64,000 nt of DNA from Planktothrix sp. GU0601_MAG3 (lineage in GTDB: Bacteria; Cyanobacteriota; Cyanobacteriia; Cyanobacteriales; Microcoleaceae): the NCBI GenBank assembly GCA_035193785.1, contig CP136572.1:3380578-3444577 (forward strand). The letters are read 5' to 3'. The position numbers were made by a program, and so were the translations under genes. Shown here piece by piece: positions 11,694 through 22,975 of this stretch. The notes under the pieces were generated by a model, which saw only the letters and a list, made by a program, of their open reading frames with translations, had not been told where the DNA came from and did no database searches. The stretch's first letter is position 1. Every line of letters starts with the position of its first letter.

Positions 11694-12263
11694 TTAGTTA
11701 TGTACAATCACGGGGGTTCCTACTGATGCCCAATCAAATAACCATTTGGCATGATTGACCGCAACATTGGTACAACCGTGGGAAACGGGTGTGCCAAATA
11801 AATTATGCCAATAGGCTCCATGAATTGCCATCCCCCCATCGTAGTACATCGTATAGGGAACATCGGGAACATCATAATCGGGGCCAGTCATGCGGGTTGT
11901 CTCATATTTCGTATAGACTTTAAAGACTCCGGTGCGGGTGGGGGTGTCCGCTTTTCCCGTGGAAACAATTACCGCATACACGGGTTTATTTCCTTCCCAA
12001 GCTATTAACCTTTGTCGAGATAAATCTATTAAAATCCAACGTTCTGAAGATTGCTGTAATTCTATCAGATTACGCGCAATTAGGTTGTGTTGTTCATTGG
12101 CGATCGCTAAATTTCCTGGGGAGAATCCGGTGATTAATGTTAACACCGTCGCGCTGGCTATTATTCCCAAAAAACTTGATTTTGTTATGGGAAAGTGGGG
12201 TTGTTTGACCGGATTAAACCTGAAACCAGATCGGGGTTTAATTAAGGGGTTAAAAGTTTTCAT
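11694..12263 (-). CDS. L,D-transpeptidase (YkuD family)
   Basis: Catalytic motif HGAYWHN...SHGC. Confidence 0.9.
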   Translation of the reverse strand: MKTFNPLIKPRSGFRFNPVKQPHFPITKSSFLGIIASATVLTLITGFSPGNLAIANEQHNLIARNLIELQQSSERWILIDLSRQRLIAWEGNKPVYAVIVSTGKADTPTRTGVFKVYTKYETTRMTGPDYDVPDVPYTMYYDGGMAIHGAYWHNLFGTPVSHGCTNVAVNHAKWLFDWASVGTPVIVHN

Positions 12264-12499
12264 ACTCGACTCCTTGGGTTTGACTTAGCAAGTGTAGCAA
12301 TCCGCGACGCGCGAGACGGAGGTTGTAACATTTTATTGTAGGGGTTGGGTCTCTTAAACCTGTTTGTGCCTGGGTTGGATCTGCCAATCCCTAAAGGTTT
12401 TGATCACAAATCCTACAAGGATTATTATAGATTTCCTGGCGAGCTTGAATACTGCCATACCTCAAATTGTATTCCGTTATCGCCTATTCCTTCACAAAT

Positions 12500-13144
12500 T
12501 CAAGGGGAAATTTCGGATAACTGTTGTAGGAGATTTTGAGTTTTTTTGGCGATCGCTTGCCAATTTTTTTGGGCGATTAAATCCGGTGGAAATAAGTCTC
12601 CGGCGAGTCCCACCGCGATCGCTCCCGCTTGAATAAACTCAACGGCATTATTTAAAGTTACCCCCCCTGTGGGAATCAAGGGAATATTTCCCATCGGCCC
12701 TTTAATACTTCTAATATAATCTACACCCCCAACTGCGGAAATAGGAAATACCTTAACACAACTAGCCCCTGCTTGCCAGGCGGTGATAATTTCTGTCGGG
12801 GATAATGCCCCCGGAATTATCGGAATTTCCGCTTGTTTTGCCACCTGAATCATGGCGGGGTTAGTATGGGGAGAAAATAGGAATTGCGCCCCGGCGGCGA
12901 TCGCCTTCTGCACATCTTCAATGGTGAATAATGTGCCAGTGCCGATTAAACATTCAGGCAATTCAGACCGTAATTCCGCAATTAATTCTGGGGCTTGATC
13001 GCTATTCCAAGTAATTTCAATTAACCCCATACCTCCGGCGGCGGTTGCCTGGGCCATTTGTTTTCCGATTTGCCGTTGGCGAGTGCGGATAACTGCGATC
13101 GCTCGATATTTTTTTAACCAAGATAACCAAAGTTCAGAAGTCAC
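12500..13144 (-). CDS. eda: KDPG/KHG aldolase
   Basis: Motifs IAVIR, IEIT, GTGT, KVFP and PTGGV. Confidence 0.88.
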   Translation of the reverse strand: MTSELWLSWLKKYRAIAVIRTRQRQIGKQMAQATAAGGMGLIEITWNSDQAPELIAELRSELPECLIGTGTLFTIEDVQKAIAAGAQFLFSPHTNPAMIQVAKQAEIPIIPGALSPTEIITAWQAGASCVKVFPISAVGGVDYIRSIKGPMGNIPLIPTGGVTLNNAVEFIQAGAIAVGLAGDLFPPDLIAQKNWQAIAKKTQNLLQQLSEISP

Positions 13145-13394
13145 TTTTAAATTAAAATATCCTTAAAATTGATTAACAATATTACCAGGTTTATTATAGC
13201 AGATTTAAGATATTATTTATTCCCTTATTCAAGGTTAATAGCAGTTTTTAGTCGGGTGAGGGACTGGTGAGGGTTTTAGGTTTGTATCCTTCTGCCTGTC
13301 TTTGTTTCTTTGTGGTTCCCCAGAAAATGATATAATTTTATCTAAGATTGCAAACCCTTTTTTTGATGGGCTTCCTGCTTTGCTGGCCAGGATT

Positions 13395-13574
13395 CGTAGG
13401 GGCGGGTTCGAGTTAATCTTTGAAACCCACAAATAGTTTATCTAAACCCGCCCCTAAACCCGCCCCTGACTCACCCCAAAATTCTATCAGTAATTAAAAA
13501 TTCATGGCGGGGTCGGGCGGGTTGATAATAGTTATCGGTGGGAATTATAAATTAATTCGGAACCCGCCCCTACG
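13395..13574. repeat. REP/REPIN-like palindromic element (GTAG class)
   Basis: 15 bp perfect terminal inverted repeat CGTAGGGGCGGGTTC / GAACCCGCCCCTACG, with internal copies of the arm. Confidence 0.8.
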
Positions 13575-13742
13575 GGTTTTATTCCTATAATTATTCTTGC
13601 TAATATGACCGTTGAACGAATTACATCGGGGTTAAATTTAGATTCATTTTTCGAGTCAATATATCTTTTCCCCTTGCTTTGAGTTGCCAATTAATGTTAT
13701 AGGATGACAGGACGTTTTAATCTGGTTAAGAATCTAATACCG

Positions 13743-14607
13743 ATGGACAAAAAACTTGCTGTTTCTCTTTTGAGTCTTCTTTTCACCGTTAGTTTTCCCC
13801 TCTCGGGTTGGGCGGAAACCGTGTTAGAAAAAGTTAACCGGACAGGGGTATTGACGGCTGGGGTGAGGACGGATGCGGTTCCCTTTGGTTATACGGACAA
13901 AAATAACACCTTGCAAGGGTATTCCGTTGATTTAATTAAACTTATTCAACAGCGCCTAGAAAAACAACTGAATAAACCGATTAAATTAGAATTAAAAACC
14001 GTTGACTTAAAAAACAGATTTGATCAGGTAGAAACAGGCAAATTAGATATTGTCTGTGAGGCTACCAGTATCACTCCAGAACGGGAACAAAATGTTGATT
14101 TTTCTACCCCCTATTTTACCAGTGGGATTCAACTTTTGGCAAGAGAAGCGGATGCAGAACGTTTAAACCCAACCCGCACTTCTGAAACCCAATTGCAAAC
14201 AATCAGGGAAAGTAATATTACCGTGGGATTCTTATTGGGAAACAACAACCGATGATCAATTTCGTCCCGTTTATCCTGAAGCGAAATGGCAAGTTATTGG
14301 CAGTCGTGCGGATGGAATTCGTCGCTTAAAAGCGGAAGAAATTGATTTAATTGCCAGTGATGGGATTCTCTTATTGGGCGAATTGTGGCGACAGGGACTG
14401 GACTTTAAAGCCTTTAGTTTAGTACCTTCACAACCCCTAACCTTTGAAAATTACGGTTGTATTTTACCTAAAAATAGTTCTCAATGGGGAACTTTAGTTA
14501 ATCAAACAATTACCAGTGAGCAAAATACCCAACTCTGGAATAAATGGTTTGATCCTAAAACCGGGCGTTTTCCTTATCAACGGTTTCAAACTAGCACAAA
14601 ATCTTAA
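13743..14607 (+). CDS. Amino acid ABC transporter substrate-binding protein; frameshift at ~14241
   Basis: Signal peptide, R.DAVPFGY, SITPER and VDFSTPYF. Corrected GTTT leads into the C-terminal ORF. Confidence 0.85.
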
Positions 14608-14611
14608 AAAA

Positions 14612-14649
14612 AACTAAACCACAGGAATTAACTGCCTGTGGTTTTAGTT
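14612..14649. terminator. Bidirectional hairpin terminator
   Basis: AACTAAACCACAGG...CCTGTGGTTTTAGTT between convergent genes. Confidence 0.65.
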
Positions 14650-14675
14650 CTAGGTTTAAGGGTAATTTATGATGC

Positions 14676-14882
14676 TTAATCAACGACATGAATTAGCCCC
14701 CGTCTTAGGCGTTCAAAAACCTGATCAATATAGGAATGTTCTTCTGAACTTAATGCGTCTTTGGAGAGTAGTAATGACATCAATAATCGTTGGTCATTGC
14801 GGGTAATTTTTCGAGAGCAAAAAATTTGATTAACCAATCTTTCGACACTAACAGAGGGTTCAGTCATCAACATGGGCAGCAC
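14676..14882 (-). CDS. Small cyanobacterial hypothetical protein
   Basis: 68 aa ORF with ITR.DQ...V.E.LRRGLI.VVD pattern. Confidence 0.6.
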   Translation of the reverse strand: MLPMLMTEPSVSVERLVNQIFCSRKITRNDQRLLMSLLLSKDALSSEEHSYIDQVFERLRRGLIHVVD

Positions 14883-15104
14883 CTACAACCTGATGGGTTC
14901 ATCCTATATTATATTATTGATTGAATAGCTGATTTTGCCAGTGATATAAACTGCGCAATTCCTGTGATTAAAGTCACTTTTTAATCGTGATTTTGATCAA
15001 GTTAACAAAAATAGAGATAAAACCAAAATTCTGCTTGGGAACGGTAGCAATCACCCCGATAATATTCTATCATAGCCATAACAAGCTTTTGATTAGTCTG
15101 TCCT

Positions 15105-15872
15105 ATGAAACAAAAAATTATCGCTGGCGTTGCTCTGTTAGTAGTGCTTAGTCCCCTAACTCCAGCCCAAGCCGAAAATTTACAACAGACTCAACAACTT
15201 TTATCAACCAAACAATGTCAAAATTGCGACCTCAGTGGTGCAGGTTTGGTACTAGCAAATTTAGTCGGTGCTAATCTCAATGGTGCTAACCTGGTGGGAG
15301 CGAACCTCAGCCGAGCTAACCTGACGGGAGCAGACCTGCGGGGGGCGAATCTAGGTGGGGCGAGTTTATTCGGGGCTAACTTAACCGGGGCGAATTTGGC
15401 GGGGGCTAACCTGAATGGCACGGATTTAAGAAGTTCCTATCTCACTAATGCAATTTTAGATGCTAAAAGTATTAATAATGCTCAGTTAGTTGGTGTTATC
15501 GGACTTCCGGCGAGTGTGGGCGATGCGGAGGACTTTTACCGTCTGGGAGTAAGTGAAGCTAAAGCGGGTCATTATGTCAACGCCATTGATTTTTATAATC
15601 AAGCATTGAGATTAGACGAAAAGTTAGCCGCCGCCTATTTTGCTCGCAGTATGGCGCTGGCTGATTTGGGGAATTTAACGGGGGCTATGGCTGATGCAAA
15701 ACAAGCCGAACAACTGTATAAAACTTTAAATTCTCCAGAGGGCGAAAAAATTTCCCTCCAGTTAGTTGAAGCCTTGGAATATCGATTAAATCCCGAAGAA
15801 AATAAACCGCGCGGTGGATTTGTCGGAATGTTAGAATCGGCGGCTCCGATATTATTAAAGTTGCTGTTTTAA
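15105..15872 (+). CDS. Pentapeptide repeat protein with C-terminal TPR
   Basis: Signal peptide, CxxCDL, (G)ANLx repeats and a TPR helix pair. Confidence 0.9.
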   Translation: MKQKIIAGVALLVVLSPLTPAQAENLQQTQQLLSTKQCQNCDLSGAGLVLANLVGANLNGANLVGANLSRANLTGADLRGANLGGASLFGANLTGANLAGANLNGTDLRSSYLTNAILDAKSINNAQLVGVIGLPASVGDAEDFYRLGVSEAKAGHYVNAIDFYNQALRLDEKLAAAYFARSMALADLGNLTGAMADAKQAEQLYKTLNSPEGEKISLQLVEALEYRLNPEENKPRGGFVGMLESAAPILLKLLF

Positions 15873-15987
15873 TCCAGAAAATCCCAGGAGCAAAACCCGT
15901 TTAAAAACAGGGGTTGATTTGAGCTAAAATAATTTAATGCCAACTATTATATCATGGATTTAGGGGAGTTCAGGGGGGAATGAATCA

Positions 15988-17700
15988 ATGGGCGATCGCA
16001 AAAATAAATCCTTATGGGATTCGATTAGTCGAAAAGCAGCCAAAGCCAGTCAGTCTTTGACGGAAAAAGCCACTGAAGCCGCTAAACAATCCGTATCCCA
16101 TGCGGGAGAATCCATTACCCATAAGGCCACCGAAGCCGGAAAAACGATTCGGGATACGGCCACCCATTCCGTAGAATCTACTTGGAAAAAAGGTCAAGAT
16201 TGGATGGATTATTTGGGTTCAGAATTAGAAGAACCTTTATCCAATCCCCAGGGAACCGATTGCAGTTTAGATGAACTGTATCATATTTTTATTGCCTATC
16301 AAACGGCCGATCAAGGAGGAAGTCAAACCGTTACCTTAAAAAATGGTAAAACCTACACCGTTAGAATTCCGCCCCACCGCACAGAAGGGGCAAATTTAAG
16401 AATGAAAGGCTGTGGAATTCGGGGAAATGATGCCTTTTTAGTCTTGCATAGTTTTTACAACTCAGAATTAAATCTGGATCGACAAATCAATCGTTTAATT
16501 AATCAATTCCCTCTCTATGAACAAACTAAGATTAGATGTTTAGAAGCCTATAATCGTCTAAATAATGGACAAGCAACTCAAGATTTTACCGCCTTAGATT
16601 TATTAGATTATTTGGTGCTAACCTCTAAACTGTATTCTGATATCGGTCAACGTTATATTATTGCCAGCCATCATTCCCGTTGTTTGACCCTAGAACATTG
16701 CTTGGAAAAAGCCTTAGAAACATCGGATTTGGAGTTAGAAGCAAAAAATCAATTAAAAGGAACCTATCAATATGTCCGGTCAGGGGAAGCGGTTCCCGAT
16801 TTAGATGCCCTAACAAAAATTGATACGATTATTCTCAATTCCTCCTTAAAATCCAACTTAAAAAAATACTATTTGCGTGGAAGTATTACCGCCAGGGTTT
16901 TAACCTTAGATATTCTGATTATTAATACTATTTATAATCAATCCCAACTATCCGAATCCGATAAAAAACGCTATGCAAAAGCCTATATTCAACTGCGAGA
17001 AGGGAAAAATGTTGTCGATGCTTTGACCTTAATTAGTTTAGATGAATGGGTGATTAATGCAGAAATTCCAGCCCAGGGGAAACTGATTTATCAACTCATC
17101 CGTCAACCGGATTTAGCTTTAAATAATGAGTTTGATGATAATGACTATTTAGAGACTTTTAAAACTATTCAAACAACGCTCCAATCTATCTTAGAAAAGC
17201 ATCAAGATTATCCCGCAACGGATATTCAACGGATTGATATTGCCGAGGTTAAAATTGATCGATTGGCGGAAAAATCCTATAATTCCGTTTCTCGGGGCGG
17301 CTTGGGTTTATTATCGGGAAATGTGATTATTAAAGGGGCGATTCCTGTAATGGAAATGACCGCTCGGGTGGCGATCGCAGAAGTAGCACAAAAGTCAATT
17401 TCTGATAAGATCAAATTGGGAATTCCGACGGTTTCAGAAACTAGAAATCCCTCCACTGCGATTGGAAATAATTGGATGGCGGTGGGCTCCTTTGGAGAGG
17501 GTGAAAAACCGATTGACCATCTATGCGGCGCGGCATTTTATCGGACAATTATGGGTGAAATAGACGGAGTTGGTGGCTTTGCTGAAGCCGCTAGTAATAA
17601 ACCGATTCATCAAGGGTTAGGACTGCTGAAACTCTTGAAGGGACAACCGGATAAACAACGGATTATTAAGGATTTGGAAACTCAAATGTATAGGATATAG
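15988..17700 (+). CDS. Hypothetical protein with a DnaJ-C-like fragment and three internal ~76 aa repeats
   Basis: 570 aa ORF with VRIPP...LRMKG.G and a repeated AY..L..G....D..AL..LD pattern. Confidence 0.7.
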   Translation: MGDRKNKSLWDSISRKAAKASQSLTEKATEAAKQSVSHAGESITHKATEAGKTIRDTATHSVESTWKKGQDWMDYLGSELEEPLSNPQGTDCSLDELYHIFIAYQTADQGGSQTVTLKNGKTYTVRIPPHRTEGANLRMKGCGIRGNDAFLVLHSFYNSELNLDRQINRLINQFPLYEQTKIRCLEAYNRLNNGQATQDFTALDLLDYLVLTSKLYSDIGQRYIIASHHSRCLTLEHCLEKALETSDLELEAKNQLKGTYQYVRSGEAVPDLDALTKIDTIILNSSLKSNLKKYYLRGSITARVLTLDILIINTIYNQSQLSESDKKRYAKAYIQLREGKNVVDALTLISLDEWVINAEIPAQGKLIYQLIRQPDLALNNEFDDNDYLETFKTIQTTLQSILEKHQDYPATDIQRIDIAEVKIDRLAEKSYNSVSRGGLGLLSGNVIIKGAIPVMEMTARVAIAEVAQKSISDKIKLGIPTVSETRNPSTAIGNNWMAVGSFGEGEKPIDHLCGAAFYRTIMGEIDGVGGFAEAASNKPIHQGLGLLKLLKGQPDKQRIIKDLETQMYRI

Positions 17701-17711
17701 GAGGGAATAGG

Positions 17712-17791
17712 GATCACAGATTTAAGAGGATTTCACGGATTTCACGGATTTTAATTTGTGTTAATCTGCGTCATCCTCTTAAATTGGTGAT
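17712..17791. repeat. ACGGATT-type palindromic repeat (related copies at ~30988-31025 and ~52373-52424)
   Basis: Tandem TTTCACGGA units inside an imperfect inverted repeat ATCAC..ATTTAAGAGGAT / ATCCTCTTAAAT..GTGAT. Confidence 0.6.
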
Positions 17792-17871
17792 CGGGAATGG
17801 GGAATGGGTAAAAAGGAACTTGGGATCACGGTAGAATGGAATGGTTTAAAGATTAAATTGGATGATCTCCC

Positions 17872-18180
17872 ATGACTTCAGAAGCAAATATATCGACGGA
17901 ATCAACGACGGGCGCGGATGCAATTGATGTGGCGATCGCGAAAGGAATTGACTTTGATGGTACAGCAATTCCTCCGGTTAAGTTAGACCTTTACCATAAA
18001 GTTATGGGTTTAGAAGCCGGACGTCAACGCAGTGGTGTGAGTAATACCATGCGGTCTCGAATTGTTCGGATTGGTGCTAAACATATTCCTGAAACCGAAC
18101 TTAATCAATTATTAATTGATGCGGGATTTCAAGGTTTAAAAGAGAAGGAAATCCTGTTCTATTATGGCGGTAAATCCTAA
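17872..18180 (+). CDS. DUF4090 / Ssr1528-like protein
   Basis: Motifs GADAID.AI..GIDFDG and RQRSGVSNTMRSRIVRIGAKH. Confidence 0.85.
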   Translation: MTSEANISTESTTGADAIDVAIAKGIDFDGTAIPPVKLDLYHKVMGLEAGRQRSGVSNTMRSRIVRIGAKHIPETELNQLLIDAGFQGLKEKEILFYYGGKS

Positions 18181-18309
18181 GAAATTGAGTCCTTTTGACA
18201 CTTTTTTACCTGGTTGGGTTTATTAATCTCCAACGGCAATTAGGACAAAATATATGCTTGTAATTCGGTGTCTTGGCGCAGGCTTAAGCACCGAATCCAT
18301 CTTTATTAT

Positions 18310-18798
18310 TTATAAATTTTTTAGTTGTTGTCTTAATTCATCCAATGCAGAATCAGATGTTTCTAATGGTTCAGTTTTTTCGGGACAGAATTGTAATTCA
18401 ATCTCAATTTCTGATTTTGGATAAGGTGAAGACTCTGAATTATAAGTAAAGTTTTTATAGTCTTCAGGAAAAAGATTAACTGTGCTTTTTATAATTAATT
18501 TTCCACTAATCCAACCTTTACCAGAACTTAAACTTAATAATTTACATTCAACGGACGCACTAAAATTAGTCCAAGAACTTTGCGTTAATTGTAGTTCAAT
18601 TTTTCCATCGATTTCATAGTAATACTTATTAAGAAAATTAAAAAAGGTAAATGTTTGAGAGCGATTATTATCCGAACGGTTATAATATCGGCTTAAATCA
18701 TCCATCGCAAATTCTTTAAACCTAGCAACAGTAAAAGTATCTTTATCAATCAATAAAAGATCGTCATCACAAGTTAAAGGATAAAAATTATCAGTCAT
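18310..18798 (-). CDS. KGK domain protein
   Basis: C..L......W.SGKL...LQFCPE...LDELRQ pattern. ATG at 18798. AT-rich. Confidence 0.7.
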   Translation of the reverse strand: MTDNFYPLTCDDDLLLIDKDTFTVARFKEFAMDDLSRYYNRSDNNRSQTFTFFNFLNKYYYEIDGKIELQLTQSSWTNFSASVECKLLSLSSGKGWISGKLIIKSTVNLFPEDYKNFTYNSESSPYPKSEIEIELQFCPEKTEPLETSDSALDELRQQLKNL

Positions 18799-18940
18799 GG
18801 GACTTAATCTCAAAAGCAAATGTGTTCTAAGATTATACCTAACAGAAACAGAAACCTGGTTTCTTCAAGAAACTAGGTTTCTATAGGGTTTCTATAATTG
18901 TACAATCAAAAACTGCTAATCAATTCAAGAACAAAAAACC

Positions 18941-20213
18941 GTGAAAATTCTAGTAGTGGGAAATGGGGGACGGGAAACACGCCATCGCTTGGACATTACT
19001 CCAGTCGCCCCAGGTTGAAAAAGTATTTTGTACCCCGGGAAATGGCGGGACAGCTACCCTTAAAGGTTGTGAAAATTATTCGATTTCCGTAGAAAACTTT
19101 GAAGCTATCAAAAACTTAGTTCAAAATCAGGATATTTCCCTAGTGGTAGTCGGGCCAGAATTACCCCTGGCTTTGGGAATTACCGACTATTTACAACAAC
19201 ATAATATTAAAGTATTCGGCCCCAACCAAGCCGGGGCACAACTCGAAGCCAGTAAAGCCTGGTCAAAAGCCTTCATGGAAGATGCCGGAATTCCCACGGC
19301 TAAGGCGGCCGTCTTTACCGATGCAGCCAGTGCTAAAGCCTATATTCAAACCGCCCCTATTGTCGTCAAAGCCGATGGGTTAGCAGCCGGAAAAGGTGTC
19401 ACCGTTGCGACCACCGTAGAAATGGCCCATGAAGCTATAGATACCATTTTCGCCGGGGAATTTGGCCAGGATAACCTGCGGGTGGTGGTGGAGGACTTTC
19501 TAACCGGACAGGAAGTATCCGTACTCGCCCTAACAGACGGGTTAACTATTCGGCCCTTAGTTCCAGCCCAAGACCATAAACAGGTCGGAGAGGGGGATAC
19601 TGGCCCCAACACGGGGGGAATGGGGGCTTATGCTCCCACCCCCATTCTCCCCCCGGAACTGCTGTCTCGCGTGCAACAGTCGGTCTTAGAACCCACGTTA
19701 GCCACCCTGCGTCAACGGGGTATTGACTATCGGGGAGTGGTCTACGCCGGGTTGATGATTTCCCCGGAAGGAGAAATTCAGGTATTGGAATTTAACTGTC
19801 GGTTTGGCGACCCCGAAACCCAAACGGTTCTCGCCCTGTTAGAAACCCCCCTAGAAGAAGTCCTACTCGCCTGTTGTGAACAGCGGCTAGAACAGGTTGC
19901 TTTAACCTGGAAATCGGGGGTTTCTGTGTGTGTGGTATTAGCTTCCGGGGGTTATCCGGGTTCCTACCAAAAAGGCAAAGTCATCACCGGAATAGAAGAT
20001 GCAGAAGCATCGGGGGCCATCGTATTCCATGGGGGAACTAAACTACAAGACGGCCAAATTCTCACCGACGGCGGACGAGTTTTAGGGGTTACGGCCATTG
20101 GGTCTACTTTCCAAGAGGCCATCACCCAAACCTACAAAGCGGTTAACTATATCAATTTTGAAGGACTCTACTATCGTCGGGATATTGGTTGTCGGGTGAC
20201 GGTTGATGGTTAA
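18941..20213 (+). CDS. purD: Phosphoribosylamine--glycine ligase; frameshift at ~18976
   Basis: GTG start gives KILVVGNGGREHA after correction. Motifs KADGLAAGKGV, GPNTGGMG and EFNCRFGDPE. Confidence 0.95.
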
Positions 20214-20354
20214 GTTATTCAGCATCTAAATTCCCCATCCTGAAATCATAAAACTCTTGCCGTGCGAGCGTCCTCGCTCGCTAGAAATAATAATTTATTG
20301 TTGATTTTTAGTTGTTAATTGTTGGTTATTAATTGTTAGCAAGGGAGGACGCAT

Positions 20355-20495
20355 TGGTGTCAATTTAAGCATCCGAAGCCCTGAAACTAAAGTTCGGGCT
20401 AAAAGCTGAAGTCATCTAAAGATGACTAAGATCATTCTTCATTAACCCGTTTTAACGGGTTTGAGCTTTAAGCCTGAAATTTATTTCCAGGCTTT
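20355..20495. repeat. Multi-hairpin miniature element (MITE/REP-like)
   Basis: Four consecutive palindromes: AGCCC..GGGCT, AGTCATC..GATGACT, AACCCGT..ACGGGTT and AGCCTG..CAGGCT. Confidence 0.6.
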
Positions 20496-20514
20496 TACAC
20501 TGATGGGGCGAACA

Positions 20515-20590
20515 CTCCCCCTGCTCCCCCTGCTCCCCCTGCTCCCCCCACTCCCCCTGCTCCTCCACTCCCCCACTCCCCCGCTTTCCC
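20515..20590. repeat. Nonamer tandem repeat (CTCCCCCTG)
   Basis: Tandem 9-mers. The same family occurs at ~3853-3901 and 34652-34811. Confidence 0.85.
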
Positions 20591-20715
20591 CGTCTGCTGT
20601 TACTATGTATAGTGTGTGTGTTAACAAAACTTAATGCTTCTGTTAGACACAACTCTGGGTCTCTATAGGCAAATATGGTATATGGACAAATCACCGAATC
20701 ATTCCCGTATCGCCG

Positions 20716-22975
20716 ATGAACACAGAGTTACCCCACAACCGTCAACCCCCAAATCCTCAACAAATGCTGAAACTCCTGAAACAAATAGGTGAGATTATTG
20801 GCAGATGGTGGTCAGAGTTTACCCTGCAAACTCGGTTAATGGCGGGGGCGACCCTGGTAGTTTCTCTGTTGATGAGTAGTTTAACGTTTTGGGCCGTCAA
20901 CACCATTCAGGAAGATGCTCGCATCAATGATACCCGTTACGGTCGAGATTTAGGATTACTATTAGCCGCCAATGTTTCCCCCCTAATTGCTGAAGAAAAA
21001 CGGGATGAAGTCGCAAGGTTTTCCCGTCAATTTTACACAAGTACCTCCAGTATCCGTTATATGTTATATGCGGATCAAGATGGGGAAATTTATCTAGGTT
21101 TGCCCTTTTCTGATTCGGCGGTACAAAATTCCTTAACCCTGCGGCGGCGGATGCAATTACCTGATAATTTTTTAGCTAGTGTGCAGTCAGGAAATTTTGC
21201 CGATTTGCCGATGGTTAGACAACATTTAACCCCCGCCGGAGAGGTGACGGATGTTTTTGTTCCGATGATGCACAATGGGAATTATTTAGGGATTTTAGCA
21301 ATTGGAATTAATCCTAATCCTACCGTTGTTGTATCATCGAATTTAACCCGGGATGTAACTTTAGCGGTGTTTGTTTCAATTTGGGTAATGGTAATTTTAG
21401 GGGCGGTATTTAATGCTTTAACTATTACTCAACCGATTAAAGAATTAGTTCAAGGAGTAAAAAATATTGCCATTGGAAACTTTAATCAACGGGTTGATTT
21501 ACCCTTTGGGGGAGAATTAGGGGAATTAATTTCCAGTTTCAACGAAATGGCAGAACGCCTAGAAAGCTTTGAAGAACAAAATATTGAAGAACTAACCGCC
21601 GAAAAAGCTAAGTTAGAAACCTTGGTTTCAACCATTGCCGATGGGGCGGTTTTAATTGATGCCGAACTGAATTTAATTTTAGTTAATCCCACCGCCCGAC
21701 GTCTATTTAGCTGGGAAGGGACAACGGTTATTGGCAATAATGTTCTGAATTTTTTACCGCCCATGGTGGTAGAAGAATTATCACAACCTTTACAAAAAAT
21801 TGCCAGTGGAACTTTAGATGGTGGAGAGTTTCGTTGTTCTTTGGGAGAACCAACAAATCGGACATTGCGGATTTTATTAACCACGGTTTTATTACATAAA
21901 TCTCCGGGTGCTGAACCCCTTTGTCATAGCTGTATTCATGATAGGGATAATAGTTGTGAATTATCCGAACGTCCCCATGTTCAGGAGTGTACTTTATATG
22001 ACTATAATCCGATGTCAAATTCTCCTGGGGAGGAAAATTATCGGGAAAGTTTAAAAGGAATTGCAATGACAATTCAGGATATCACCCGTGAGGTCGAGTT
22101 AAATGATGCTAAGAGTCAGTTTATTAGTAATATCTCCCATGAGTTAAGAACACCATTATTTAATATAAAATCCTTTATTGAAACCCTCCATGATTATGGA
22201 GATGATTTAACCGAAGAACAGCGACAGGAGTTTTTAGCCACCGCCAACCATGAAACTGATCGTTTAACTCGTTTAGTCAATGATGTGTTAGATTTGTCTC
22301 GCTTAGAATCCTGTCGCATCTACAATTTTGAACCCGTTGATATGGCGCAAGTGGTAGAACAAACCTTGAGAACCTATCAACTAAATGCCAAGGATAAAGG
22401 AATTGAACTTAGTCGAGAAATAGAACCAGATTTACCTTTGGTGTTAGGACATTATGATTTATTATTGCAAGTCTTAACTAATTTAGTCGGAAATTCTCTG
22501 AAATTTACCACTTCGGGGGGACGGGTAATTATTCGAGTTTATCTACTAGAAGAAGAAGATTTCAAGAAAAATCAAGAAGTCGAAGAAATCGAAAAAGGAG
22601 GCTGGATTATTTCTCCTCCTCCTCCCCGTCCTATTGATTTACATTTAACGGGAAATCGACCTAAAACCCGTTATATTAGAACCGAAGTTTCCGATACGGG
22701 AACCGGAATTGCACCGGAAGACCAAGATGCTATTTTTGCTCGTTTCTTCCGGGTAGAAAATCGCGTTCATACCCTAGAAGGAACGGGATTAGGATTGTCT
22801 ATTGTCAAAAATATTATTGAAAAACACCGAAGTCAAGTTCATTTAATTAGTGAGTTAGGCATCGGAAACCACCTTCTGGTTTGATTTAGTAGTATCTCAG
22901 GAAGAAACGCCATCTTCATCTTTTAGTAATGATGTTTTTATGGGAGAACCCTCGGTCTCTATTGCTAAAGGATAG
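20716..22975 (+). CDS. nblS: Sensor histidine kinase NblS/Hik33 (HAMP-PAS-HisKA-HATPase); frameshift at ~22867
   Basis: WWSEFTLQTRLMA, NDTRYGRDLG, SHELRTPLFNIKSFIETL and FFRVENRVHTLEGTGLGL. Adjacent to purD. Confidence 0.92.

Noticed and set aside
21892..22038. The NblS insertion as an intein or intron
   Set aside because: It is too short, in frame, and lacks intein splice-junction residues and intron structure
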